Source: an uncultured bacterium | GTDB taxonomy: Bacteria; Actinomycetota; Acidimicrobiia; Spongiisociales; UBA5794 | Direction of reading: 5' to 3' | Assembly: GCA_963801165.1 (NCBI GenBank) | Contig: CAWDDT010000010.1 | Coordinates: 128,001 to 192,000 of the forward strand | Length of the DNA stretch: 64,000 nt | In this document: in pieces, positions 56,191 to 64,000 of the stretch | Layout: the number at the start of each line of letters is the position of its first letter | Position numbering within the stretch: position 1 is the stretch's first letter | Made by a program: the position numbers and the translations under genes | The notes under the pieces: generated by a model | Database searches by the model: none | What the model saw: the letters and a program-made list of their open reading frames with translations, nothing else | What the model was told of the DNA's origin: nothing

Positions 56191-58572
56191 GTGGCAGAGA
56201 CCACAGTACGCGGTCGCATAGGCGACAAAGAGCTCGTTCTCACAACGGGCAAACTGGCTCTCCTCGCAGACGGCGCCGTAGTTGCCAGCATTGGCGAGAC
56301 GGACGTTCTTGTTACGGCCACAGCAAGCCGTACTCTGCGCGAGGGAGCGGATTTCTTCCCACTTACCGTGGATGTCGAGGAGAGGATGTACGCCGTCGGG
56401 CGGATCCCCGGTTCCTTCTTCCGCCGTGAGGGGCGGGCAACGGAGAGAGCGACGTTGACGGCACGACTCATCGACCGTCCGCTGCGGCCGTCGTTTCCGG
56501 ACGGCTTTCTCTACGAGACCCACGTCGTGGCGACGATCCTGTCGGCAGATCTCATCAACGACTATGACGTGGCGGCGCTCAACGCCGCATCGGCCGCACT
56601 GACGGCCAGCCCGATCCCATTCCTGGGGCCGATCGGCGCCGTGAAGCTCGCTTTGAGCAACGGCGAATGGATCGCGTTCCCGACCTTTGCGGAACTCGAG
56701 GAATCGGTGTTCGAGATCGTCGTCGCCGGCAAGCGCAATGCCGCCGGAGACGTCGACATAGCCATGGTCGAGGCCGGAGCAACCGAGAACGGGCACCGTA
56801 TGGTCGACGGCGGCCAGGCCCCCAGCGACGAGGAGAGCATCACGCGCGGTCTCGCGGAGGCCAAGCAATACATCGGCCAGATCATCGACCTCCAGCTCGA
56901 GTTGAAGGCCAAGGCCGGTGAGATCAAGGCGGTCGACTTTCCCCTGGCCGAGTCGTACAGCGAGGAGCTCTACGACCGCGTGGCGGCGATCGCCAAGCCG
57001 AAGTTCGGTTCCCTCGGCACCATCGTCGACAAGACCGAGCGGCAGGAAGCCGAGCGCCGGGTTGCTGACGAGACACTCGCAGGCCTCGCCATCCCCGAGG
57101 ATGACGCCGCCACGCTCGCTGCTGCCGGGAAGGCGATCAAGGCAGTGCACAAGAAGGTCATGCGTGAGCGCGTCGTCGCCGAAGGGATCCGCATGGACGG
57201 GCGTGGTCTCACCGACATCCGACCTCTCGATATCGAGGTCGGGCTGCTCGGCCAGGCGCACGGGTCGGCCATCTTCAAGCGCGGTGAGACCCAGGTGCTC
57301 AACACGACGACTCTCGGCATGCTGCGTATGGAGCAGATGCTCGACACGATCAGCCTGGAAGAGTCGAAGCGCTACATGCACCACTACAACTTCCCGCCGT
57401 TCGCCACCGGCGAGACCGGGTTCATGCGCGGCCCGAAGCGTCGCGAGATCGGGCACGGCGCGCTCGCCGAGAAGGCCTTGCTACCGGTGATTCCGCCGGT
57501 TGACGACTTCCCGTACGCATACCGGCTGGTGTCCGAGGTGCTGATGTCCAACGGGTCGAGCTCGATGGCGTCTGTATGCGGCTCTTCGCTGTCGCTGATG
57601 GACGCCGGGGTACCGATCGAGGCCCCGGTGGCCGGAATCGCTATGGGCCTGATCGAGCAGGACGGCAAGTACGTCACCCTGACCGACATTCTGGGCGCCG
57701 AGGATCATCTCGGCGACATGGACTTCAAGGTTGCCGGCACCCGGGACATGATCACGGCGCTCCAGCTCGACACCAAGATCGAGAGCCTCCCCGCCGAGGT
57801 GCTGGTACAAGCAATGGGCCAGGCACGCGAAGCCCGTCTGTTCATCCTGGACAAGATGGCTGAGGTCATTGCCGGGCCGCGCGACGAGCTCGCCGCCAAC
57901 GCACCGAAGATCGAAGCGATCGAGATCCCCAAGGACAAGATCGGCGAGGTCATCGGACCCAAGGGCAAGACCATCCGGGAGCTCGAAGAGGAGACCGGAG
58001 CAACCATCGAGATCGACGACGAGGGCATTGTCCGGGTCGGCGCCGCCGACACCGCCTCCATGAAGCTGGCGAAGGAGAGAATCCTTGCGATCGGTTTCCC
58101 GCCGGAGGCGAATGTCGGCGAAACGTACGACGGCGAGGTGGTCAACATCACCAAGTTCGGCGCCTTCGTGAATATCCTGCCCGGTCGGGATGGTCTGCTC
58201 CATATCTCGAAGATGGGTGGTGGCAGGCGTATCGACAAGGTCGAGGATGTGCTTGCGCTGGGTGACAAGGTCAGCGTTGTTGTTCGCGAGATCGATGACC
58301 GCGGTAAGGTCAGCCTTGACCTCGCCGATGGTGTTCAACTCGTTGACGAGAACACGCCCGCCGCCGAGGGTGGCGACCGGGCCGAGCATTCCGAGCGGCG
58401 CGACGGTGGTCGTGATCGCGGTGGTAGAGATCGTGATCGGGACCGGGGTCGCGGGCGCGACAGGGATCGCGGTCGGGACCGGAGCAGTCGTGACCGCGGT
58501 GACAGCCACAAGGAAGCCAGCCCGAATCGGACCGTCGTGTCCTTCGAGGACGATTTCGAGAAGGGTCTGTAG
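56191..58572 (+). CDS. pnp: Polyribonucleotide nucleotidyltransferase
   Basis: FFPLTVD, RREIGHG, SNGSSSMASVC, GDMDFKVAG, KH and S1 domains. Confidence 0.98.
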   Translation: MAETTVRGRIGDKELVLTTGKLALLADGAVVASIGETDVLVTATASRTLREGADFFPLTVDVEERMYAVGRIPGSFFRREGRATERATLTARLIDRPLRPSFPDGFLYETHVVATILSADLINDYDVAALNAASAALTASPIPFLGPIGAVKLALSNGEWIAFPTFAELEESVFEIVVAGKRNAAGDVDIAMVEAGATENGHRMVDGGQAPSDEESITRGLAEAKQYIGQIIDLQLELKAKAGEIKAVDFPLAESYSEELYDRVAAIAKPKFGSLGTIVDKTERQEAERRVADETLAGLAIPEDDAATLAAAGKAIKAVHKKVMRERVVAEGIRMDGRGLTDIRPLDIEVGLLGQAHGSAIFKRGETQVLNTTTLGMLRMEQMLDTISLEESKRYMHHYNFPPFATGETGFMRGPKRREIGHGALAEKALLPVIPPVDDFPYAYRLVSEVLMSNGSSSMASVCGSSLSLMDAGVPIEAPVAGIAMGLIEQDGKYVTLTDILGAEDHLGDMDFKVAGTRDMITALQLDTKIESLPAEVLVQAMGQAREARLFILDKMAEVIAGPRDELAANAPKIEAIEIPKDKIGEVIGPKGKTIRELEEETGATIEIDDEGIVRVGAADTASMKLAKERILAIGFPPEANVGETYDGEVVNITKFGAFVNILPGRDGLLHISKMGGGRRIDKVEDVLALGDKVSVVVREIDDRGKVSLDLADGVQLVDENTPAAEGGDRAEHSERRDGGRDRGGRDRDRDRGRGRDRDRGRDRSSRDRGDSHKEASPNRTVVSFEDDFEKGL

Positions 58573-58588
58573 TACTCACCCTCAATTC

Positions 58589-58619
58589 ACTGAGGCCCCC
58601 GTTTTTCGGGGGCCTCAGT
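58589..58619. terminator. 13-bp stem hairpin between convergent pnp and dodecin genes
   Basis: ACTGAGGCCCCCG-TTTTT-CGGGGGCCTCAGT. Confidence 0.85.
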
Positions 58620-58644
58620 CGCGTCCGGGTATGCCCCGGCGGCG

Positions 58645-58851
58645 CTAGTCCTCGAGGATGAAGGTGAGCTTCATGTCTACCCGGAAGTGCTTGATAGTTC
58701 CGTCCTCTGCAAGGACGACCTTTTGCTCCGAAATCCAGGCCCCTCGAATACCATCGATCGTGCGCTGCGCTTTGGAGATGCCCTTGCGTATGGCGTCTTC
58801 AAAGGACCCGGGTGAGGTAGACGTGATTTCGATCACCTTCGCAACAGACAC
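58645..58851 (-). CDS. Dodecin family flavin-binding protein
   Basis: SVAKVIEI..S..SFEDAI..G; FRVDMKLTF. Confidence 0.9.
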   Translation of the reverse strand: MSVAKVIEITSTSPGSFEDAIRKGISKAQRTIDGIRGAWISEQKVVLAEDGTIKHFRVDMKLTFILED

Positions 58852-58927
58852 TAGAGGCTCCTCTCATCGGGAGTGTCGTCGGCCTAGAGGGTACCGCGTC
58901 CCCGGTTCGCCAACTAGTTGGGGTCAG

Positions 58928-59116
58928 TTACCAGCGGTCGGCGAGCCTGGCACCGAGAAAACCGGCACCGGCAGCGCCGAGGAGCGCCATCAGCAGGGGA
59001 TTTACCCCGATCAACCAACCGATGAGCATGCCAACGATGCCACCGGCGAGAATGCCGACGCGCATTCCGTTCACCCAGTCGTAGTTGGTTCGGCCCTGCT
59101 TCTCTTTTGATTCCAT
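58928..59116 (-). CDS. Small glycine-zipper membrane protein
   Basis: GILAGGIVGMLIG and LLGAAGAGFLG; TACGCT -10 7 nt before ATG 59116. Confidence 0.65.
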   Translation of the reverse strand: MESKEKQGRTNYDWVNGMRVGILAGGIVGMLIGWLIGVNPLLMALLGAAGAGFLGARLADRW

Positions 59117-59218
59117 CCCCGCCAGCGTAACCCGGGCGAGCACCGCTGACTCGATCGGGCGGGAACCATTGTCGCTCGGGGTTACGTCCAACGGCTGCGA
59201 CGACAGGGAGCCGGGTCA

Positions 59219-60592
59219 ATGGCCGCACGAAACACAAAAGCAGCGTTGGTACTTCTCAGCTCGATGGTGTTGTTGCTAGCCGCCTGTGGCGGGAGTGACG
59301 AGGCCGACAGCGGGACCGCACTCAATTACACAGCCGCAGCGGCCAGCGGGCAGGTCGAGTCGCCCGAATACGACGCCGGACAAGACATCGGCTCGATTTC
59401 CGAGCAAGCGGGTTCTGACACGCTTGGCAGTGGGGGAGTTGACGGCACAGTCCTCGAGACCAGCACGCTGGGCAGGGAGATCATCTATACCGCCGACATG
59501 ACCGTTGCAGTCGCCGATGTGGCAGCGGCAAGCGCCGAGGCAACCCGAATAATCGAGGAAATGGGCGGATACCTCTTCGGTCAGGAGAGTACGGGTGCCC
59601 CCGAGCCGCATAGCGTGCTCACGTTCAAGGTGCTGCCCGGTGACTTCCAGCAGGCGCTGGCAAGCCTCGGCTCCGTTGGGGAGATCCGCACTCAGAACAT
59701 ATCCACCGACGACGTGACCGAGCGGGTAGTCGATCTCGAATCGCGAATCTCCACTGCCGAGACGAGCGTGGCGCGGTTGAAGGGCTTCCTCGAAAAGGCT
59801 GAGGACATAGAGGCTATCGCCGCGCTCGAGAGCCAACTCCTCGAGCGCGAGACCGATCTCGAGACAATGCGGGGGCAGCTTCGCACGCTCCAGGACCGGA
59901 TCGACCTTGCAACGATATCGCTGACTCTCACCGAGGCGCTCAGCAAGCCGGGTCTCTCCCTGGAAGTGACCGGTTCCCCCGGTCATGATGACGGCATCTC
60001 CTGCCCTGCGAGCGGGGCGATCTCGGTGGAGGAGGGGGAGCCGGCGACAGTTTGTTTCGAGATCGTCAACTCCGGGGACACCCCGCTTGCCGGTTTCGAG
60101 CTGAAGGACACGGTGCTCGAGGTCGAACTCGGCGATCTGATCGTGGTGTGGGGTGATCCCAATGGTGTCCTGGAGCCAGGGCAGTCGATGGTGCTCGCCT
60201 ATGAGACCACGGTCGAGCGCAGCCTCCGCACCCAGGCAAGAGTGAGCGCCGTGCCGGTGGATCAGGACGGCAACCGGGTCGAGGGTCGCGAGGTGGCCAG
60301 CACGTCGGTGATGAGCATCACTGCCGAGGATCCCGGTGGTTTGCCCGGATTCCGGGATGGTCTCGATGCCAGCTGGAACGCCCTGCAATGGATCGGCGGG
60401 GTGGTCGTCCTACTCGCAGGCGCCGTTCTGCCGTTTGTGATCCCGCTGGTCCTGTTGGCGGCGCTGGTGCTCTGGATCGTCGGAAGGCGTCCGGAGAAGG
60501 CATCGGCTGAGGCGCCAACACCTCCCCGGGACGGGGAACGGGACGGTGCAGAACCCCAGGAATCCGAAGCTGCAGAGGATGCTGAGGCCTAG
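59219..60592 (+). CDS. DUF4349 lipoprotein with inserted Ig-like domain and C-terminal TM
   Basis: Lipobox LAAC; IIYTADM, DDVTERVVDLESR coiled coil; CFEIVNSGDTPL domain. Confidence 0.85.
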   Translation: MAARNTKAALVLLSSMVLLLAACGGSDEADSGTALNYTAAAASGQVESPEYDAGQDIGSISEQAGSDTLGSGGVDGTVLETSTLGREIIYTADMTVAVADVAAASAEATRIIEEMGGYLFGQESTGAPEPHSVLTFKVLPGDFQQALASLGSVGEIRTQNISTDDVTERVVDLESRISTAETSVARLKGFLEKAEDIEAIAALESQLLERETDLETMRGQLRTLQDRIDLATISLTLTEALSKPGLSLEVTGSPGHDDGISCPASGAISVEEGEPATVCFEIVNSGDTPLAGFELKDTVLEVELGDLIVVWGDPNGVLEPGQSMVLAYETTVERSLRTQARVSAVPVDQDGNRVEGREVASTSVMSITAEDPGGLPGFRDGLDASWNALQWIGGVVVLLAGAVLPFVIPLVLLAALVLWIVGRRPEKASAEAPTPPRDGERDGAEPQESEAAEDAEA

Positions 60593-60602
60593 AAGGTGCC
60601 CC

Positions 60603-60631
60603 TTGCCTATCGAACATATGTTCGATAGGCT
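60603..60631 (+). promoter_or_regulatory. LexA (SOS) box within a TTGCCT-17-TAGGCT promoter
   Basis: TCGAAC-ATAT-GTTCGA matches the actinobacterial LexA consensus; 26-bp perfect palindrome at 60605-60630. Confidence 0.9.
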
Positions 60632-61306
60632 GTGAGCCCCAACGAGGCGGAGAGGGTGGCGGCAGAGACGGTACGTCTAGAGCATTTCAAAGGGAACGCC
60701 GCCGCGTTTTCTCGAGATTTGCTGGCATTGCAACCGGGGCGGGTGACCGGGCTCATCGGGCATCCCGGATTCGGGTTGACCAGGCTTGGGCTCACCATGC
60801 TGGCATCCCGGGAACAACTAGGCACGGTTGCCTATCTGGATGTGAGAGGCTGGCTCAGCCCACCGGCTGCCTGGGAAGCCGGTGTCTCCCCGGAGCGGTT
60901 GGTGGTGGTGCGGTGTGACGATCCGGTACGTTGGGCCCGGGTCGCCTCCCACCTGCTCGAAGGAGTCGGGGCCCTATACGCCGAGGTCCCGTCCCGTACA
61001 AAATCCGCCCATCTCCACAAACTGGTGGCGCTGGCCCGCAACCGGAGGACCCCACTGGTGCTGCGCCCGCTCCAGGGTGATCTTCCCGACGGTATGGCCC
61101 ATCTCCGTCTCGAGGCACGCCGGGTGATCTGGGAAGGGCCAGAGCGTGGCCACGGCAGGCTCACCCACCGCCGGCTCGTCTTTGAGGCGTCGGGTAAAGC
61201 AATGAGGGGTATGACGAGGCTCATAGAGGTGGAGGACGATGGAACGAACGCTATGCGTTTGGTTTCCGGATTGGCCGTTGCGCCGTCCGGACGTGCCACC
61301 GGCTGA
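60632..61306 (+). CDS. imuA: ImuA/RecA-like mutasome accessory protein (start may be 60656)
   Basis: Degenerate Walker A GHPGFGLT; AAWEAGVSPERLVVVR; upstream of imuB under an SOS box. Confidence 0.75.
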   Translation: MSPNEAERVAAETVRLEHFKGNAAAFSRDLLALQPGRVTGLIGHPGFGLTRLGLTMLASREQLGTVAYLDVRGWLSPPAAWEAGVSPERLVVVRCDDPVRWARVASHLLEGVGALYAEVPSRTKSAHLHKLVALARNRRTPLVLRPLQGDLPDGMAHLRLEARRVIWEGPERGHGRLTHRRLVFEASGKAMRGMTRLIEVEDDGTNAMRLVSGLAVAPSGRATG

Positions 61307-62726
61307 GCCTTGCCAGGCGGTCGATGGCAACAACCTCGTCGTGGCCGTCAACCGGTTGGCGACCGAGGCGGGCATCCGGGTGGGGATGCGACGTCGTGAG
61401 GCCGAAGCCGTGTGCCCGACCGTGGTGACCATCGAGCATGATCCCGGTGCCGAGATGGCTCGCTTCGAGCGTGTTGCCGTCGCCGTCGAGACTCTGATTC
61501 CCCGCATCGAGGTGATTGCTCCCGGTCTGATCCTGGCTCCGGTCACCGGTGCCGTTCGCTACTTCGGGGGAGAGGTGCCGCTTGTCGACCGGGTCGACAA
61601 GGAGATCGGCGCCGTCTCCGGGTCGGGTTATCGCCTCGGGCTCGCCGCCGGTCCCTTTGCCGCCCGCCGCGCCGCCGAGATGGCCACCGATGGCGATCCG
61701 ATCTACATCGTCACCGACGACGACGAGTTCCGCAGTGCGCTCGACGTGGCCGCCCTAGGTAGTGAGGACATGGCTGCGGTGTTCCGTTGGCTCGGGATAA
61801 GCACGCTGGGGGAGTTGGCGGCATTGCCGCGGGAAGCGGTTGTATCTCGTTTTGGTGTCGACGGGCTACGGGCGCACCAGTTGGCTTGTGGGGAGGATCG
61901 GGAGACCCGTGATCGGGTCATCGCCGATGATCTGGGCGTCGAGGAGAGGTTCGATCCACCGCTCGAGAACCTGGAGCAGGTGGCCTTCGTGGCCAGAGCC
62001 ATCGCCCACCAGTTGCTCACCGCACCGGCGTTGAGTGGTGCCACCCCGCATCGTGTCGAGGTGGAGGCGGAAGCGGCAGACGGGGCGATTCGCACCAGAA
62101 CCTGGCGTAGCGCCGATCCCTTTGACGAGCGCATGCTGGCGGAGCGAGTGCGATGGCAGCTCCAGGCATGGCTGGATACCGCCCGGATGCGAAGCGGTCC
62201 CGGGATCCGGGGCGGATTGGTCCGGCTCAGGGTCATGCCGGCCGATCTGTCCGACCGTGGTCGGCAACTCGCTCTCGATGAGGACGCCCTGTCGGCGGCG
62301 GAGGCACAGCGCGCTTTTGCCCAGACCCAGGCGCTGGTTGGCAACGATGGCGTGCTCCGGGCGATCCCTCAGGGTGGGCGCGATCCGGGAGAGAGGGTGC
62401 TCTGGTACCGGTGGGGGGAGAGCCCACCAGCTCCGGAGCGTGATCCCGCTTCTCCATGGCCGGGACAGATCCCGGCTCCGCTGCCTTCGCTTGTGCCGCC
62501 CGACCCATACCCGCTGGAAGTCGAATGGGACGGCGGGATCCCCACCCGGGTACGGTTGGGTAGTCGCTGGGTGGAGGTTCTGTCGTGGGCAGGCCCCTGG
62601 CGCAAGGTGGGGCGTTGGTGGGACGGGGAGCGGCCGGCGGATCGATACCAGCTGGTCACCTCGGCCGGGGCGTTCCTATGTGCCGTCATCGAGGGCAAGA
62701 CCTACATGACAGGGGTCTACGACTGA
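61239..62726 (+). CDS. imuB: ImuB Y-family polymerase-like protein
   Basis: RTLCVWFPDWP, GIRVGMRRREA..CP, LGISTLGELAALP and WAGPW..RWW..GVYD. Confidence 0.9.
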   Translation: MERTLCVWFPDWPLRRPDVPPAEPCQAVDGNNLVVAVNRLATEAGIRVGMRRREAEAVCPTVVTIEHDPGAEMARFERVAVAVETLIPRIEVIAPGLILAPVTGAVRYFGGEVPLVDRVDKEIGAVSGSGYRLGLAAGPFAARRAAEMATDGDPIYIVTDDDEFRSALDVAALGSEDMAAVFRWLGISTLGELAALPREAVVSRFGVDGLRAHQLACGEDRETRDRVIADDLGVEERFDPPLENLEQVAFVARAIAHQLLTAPALSGATPHRVEVEAEAADGAIRTRTWRSADPFDERMLAERVRWQLQAWLDTARMRSGPGIRGGLVRLRVMPADLSDRGRQLALDEDALSAAEAQRAFAQTQALVGNDGVLRAIPQGGRDPGERVLWYRWGESPPAPERDPASPWPGQIPAPLPSLVPPDPYPLEVEWDGGIPTRVRLGSRWVEVLSWAGPWRKVGRWWDGERPADRYQLVTSAGAFLCAVIEGKTYMTGVYD

Positions 62727-63451
62727 TGAAGCTCGTGAAACTGGGCGTCGATGGTCTCATAGACACGGCTTCGCAGCATATCGATGTCCCTGACAGTCAG
62801 GTCGGCGGTGGGGATGGGCTCGTTGATGATCACGTTGGCGCGGCCCTTGTAGAACAGCTTGGAACCGGGCGGCCATACCTCCCAGGTGCCGTTGATCGTG
62901 ACCGGCACCACAGGCAAGCCCGTAGCGATGGCCATCCGGAAGGCCCCTTTCTTGAACGGGTGCAACTCACCGTCGCGGCTACGGGTGCCCTCGGCGAATA
63001 CGATCAGCGAATAGCCGCTGGCCTTGGCCCGGGCCACCCCCTCGTTGATGGCGGCATAGGACGAAACGCCTGCGCCACGGTCGATCTTGACGATACCGGC
63101 GACGTGGAGAGCCTGGGCGAACACCGGTATCTTGTAGACCTCCTTCTTGGCGAGATACCTGATCGGAGTCGGGATCGCCCGGAACAACAGGGGGACGTCG
63201 AAGTTGGAGAGATGGTTGGAGAGGAAGAAGTACTGAGTACCCGGTTTGACGTGCTCGGACCCTGTGACTGTGTAGGCGACCGGCGGAACCAGCAGGAACA
63301 ACCTGCTCCAAACCTGCACGAACAACTCGCCCACGCGTCGCAGCCGCAGCGTCATCACGAGGATGAACAACGCCGAGATGATGATCGTGAAGAGCAGGAA
63401 CAGCGGCACCGCGATGGCGGACTTGATACTCAACAGGATCTTTCGCAGCAT
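62717..63451 (-). CDS. plsC: 1-acyl-sn-glycerol-3-phosphate acyltransferase
   Basis: NHLSNFD, LAKKE, FAEGTRS and FKKGAF. Confidence 0.92.
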   Translation of the reverse strand: MLRKILLSIKSAIAVPLFLLFTIIISALFILVMTLRLRRVGELFVQVWSRLFLLVPPVAYTVTGSEHVKPGTQYFFLSNHLSNFDVPLLFRAIPTPIRYLAKKEVYKIPVFAQALHVAGIVKIDRGAGVSSYAAINEGVARAKASGYSLIVFAEGTRSRDGELHPFKKGAFRMAIATGLPVVPVTINGTWEVWPPGSKLFYKGRANVIINEPIPTADLTVRDIDMLRSRVYETIDAQFHELHQS

Positions 63452-63492
63452 TGGGGTAGCGTAGTTCCCCGGAACGGGAGGACGGAGGGCGA

Positions 63493-64000
63493 GTGCGACA
63501 GCTGAGCGTTGGCCAGGCGCGCTGTGTTGCCCTAGGTGCCCAGGGCTTTGCCGAGCCCCGTCCGCAGGGTCGTGTCGACCGCAGGCACTTCCGCAAGGTC
63601 ATCGACCGGATCGGGCTACTGCAACTCGACTCGGTGAACGTGCTCCAGCGGTCTCACTATCTCCCGGTGTGGTCCCGACTTGGCCGGTACTCCATCGAGG
63701 CACTCGACGAGTACACGGCGCACAGCGGAGAGATGTTCGAGTACTGGGGTCATGTGGCATCGCTGCTGCCGGTGGAGCTGCACCGCCTCCTGCGGTGGCG
63801 CATGCACGAGGCGCGCCCGGGCCCGCGGACCAAGGCGTTGATCGAGAACCACCCGGACTACCTGGCGTCGGTGCTCGAGGAGATAACGGCGCATGGTCCG
63901 CTCGCCGTCTCCGATCTGTCGGATCCGGGGACACGAACGGGCCCCTGGTGGGGTCATGGCAAGGGGAAGGTCGCTCTCGATTGGTTGTTCGCCACCGGTG
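63493..64000 (+). CDS. YcaQ/AlkZ-like crosslink-repair DNA glycosylase (runs off window)
   Basis: Own translation: LLQLDSVNVLQRSHYLPVWSRLG..MFEYWGHVASLLP. Confidence 0.85.
   Translation, partial: MRQLSVGQARCVALGAQGFAEPRPQGRVDRRHFRKVIDRIGLLQLDSVNVLQRSHYLPVWSRLGRYSIEALDEYTAHSGEMFEYWGHVASLLPVELHRLLRWRMHEARPGPRTKALIENHPDYLASVLEEITAHGPLAVSDLSDPGTRTGPWWGHGKGKVALDWLFATG

Noticed and set aside
63493-64000. Apparent gene-free or pseudogene tail of the window
   Set aside because: An uninterrupted YcaQ-like frame simply runs past the window end.

Overview
GC-rich actinobacterial chromosome segment; gene content and order suggest Acidimicrobiia, which is an inference. Most of it is the conserved translation/cell-core region: ftsY, ffh-rpsP-khpA-rimM, trmD-rplS-lepB, DUF2469-yraN, comM-dprA-xerC-whiG, rpsB-tsf-pyrH-frr-cdsA-dxr-rseP-ispG, proS, rimP-nusA-infB-DUF503-rbfA-nrnA-truB-ribF and rpsO-pnp, ending with a LexA-boxed imuA-imuB pair. 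Accessory genes interrupt it: nucleoside salvage/ETF genes between ftsY and ffh, a ~10 kb block splitting rimM from trmD, and two paralogous secreted serine proteases. Most notable observations: (1) an intact cofG followed by a cofH carrying a ~250-aa cysteine-free N-terminal module that looks like a dead second CofG; (2) many unrelated 12-30 bp tandem duplications at gene starts, stops and tails; (3) three copies of a PafBC/RecA-NDp-like promoter before comM-dprA-xerC, DUF2469-yraN and an HNH gene; (4) unannotated small ORFs and structured leaders. No rRNA, tRNA or CRISPR array was seen. All calls rest on motif recognition by eye; no database searches were run.
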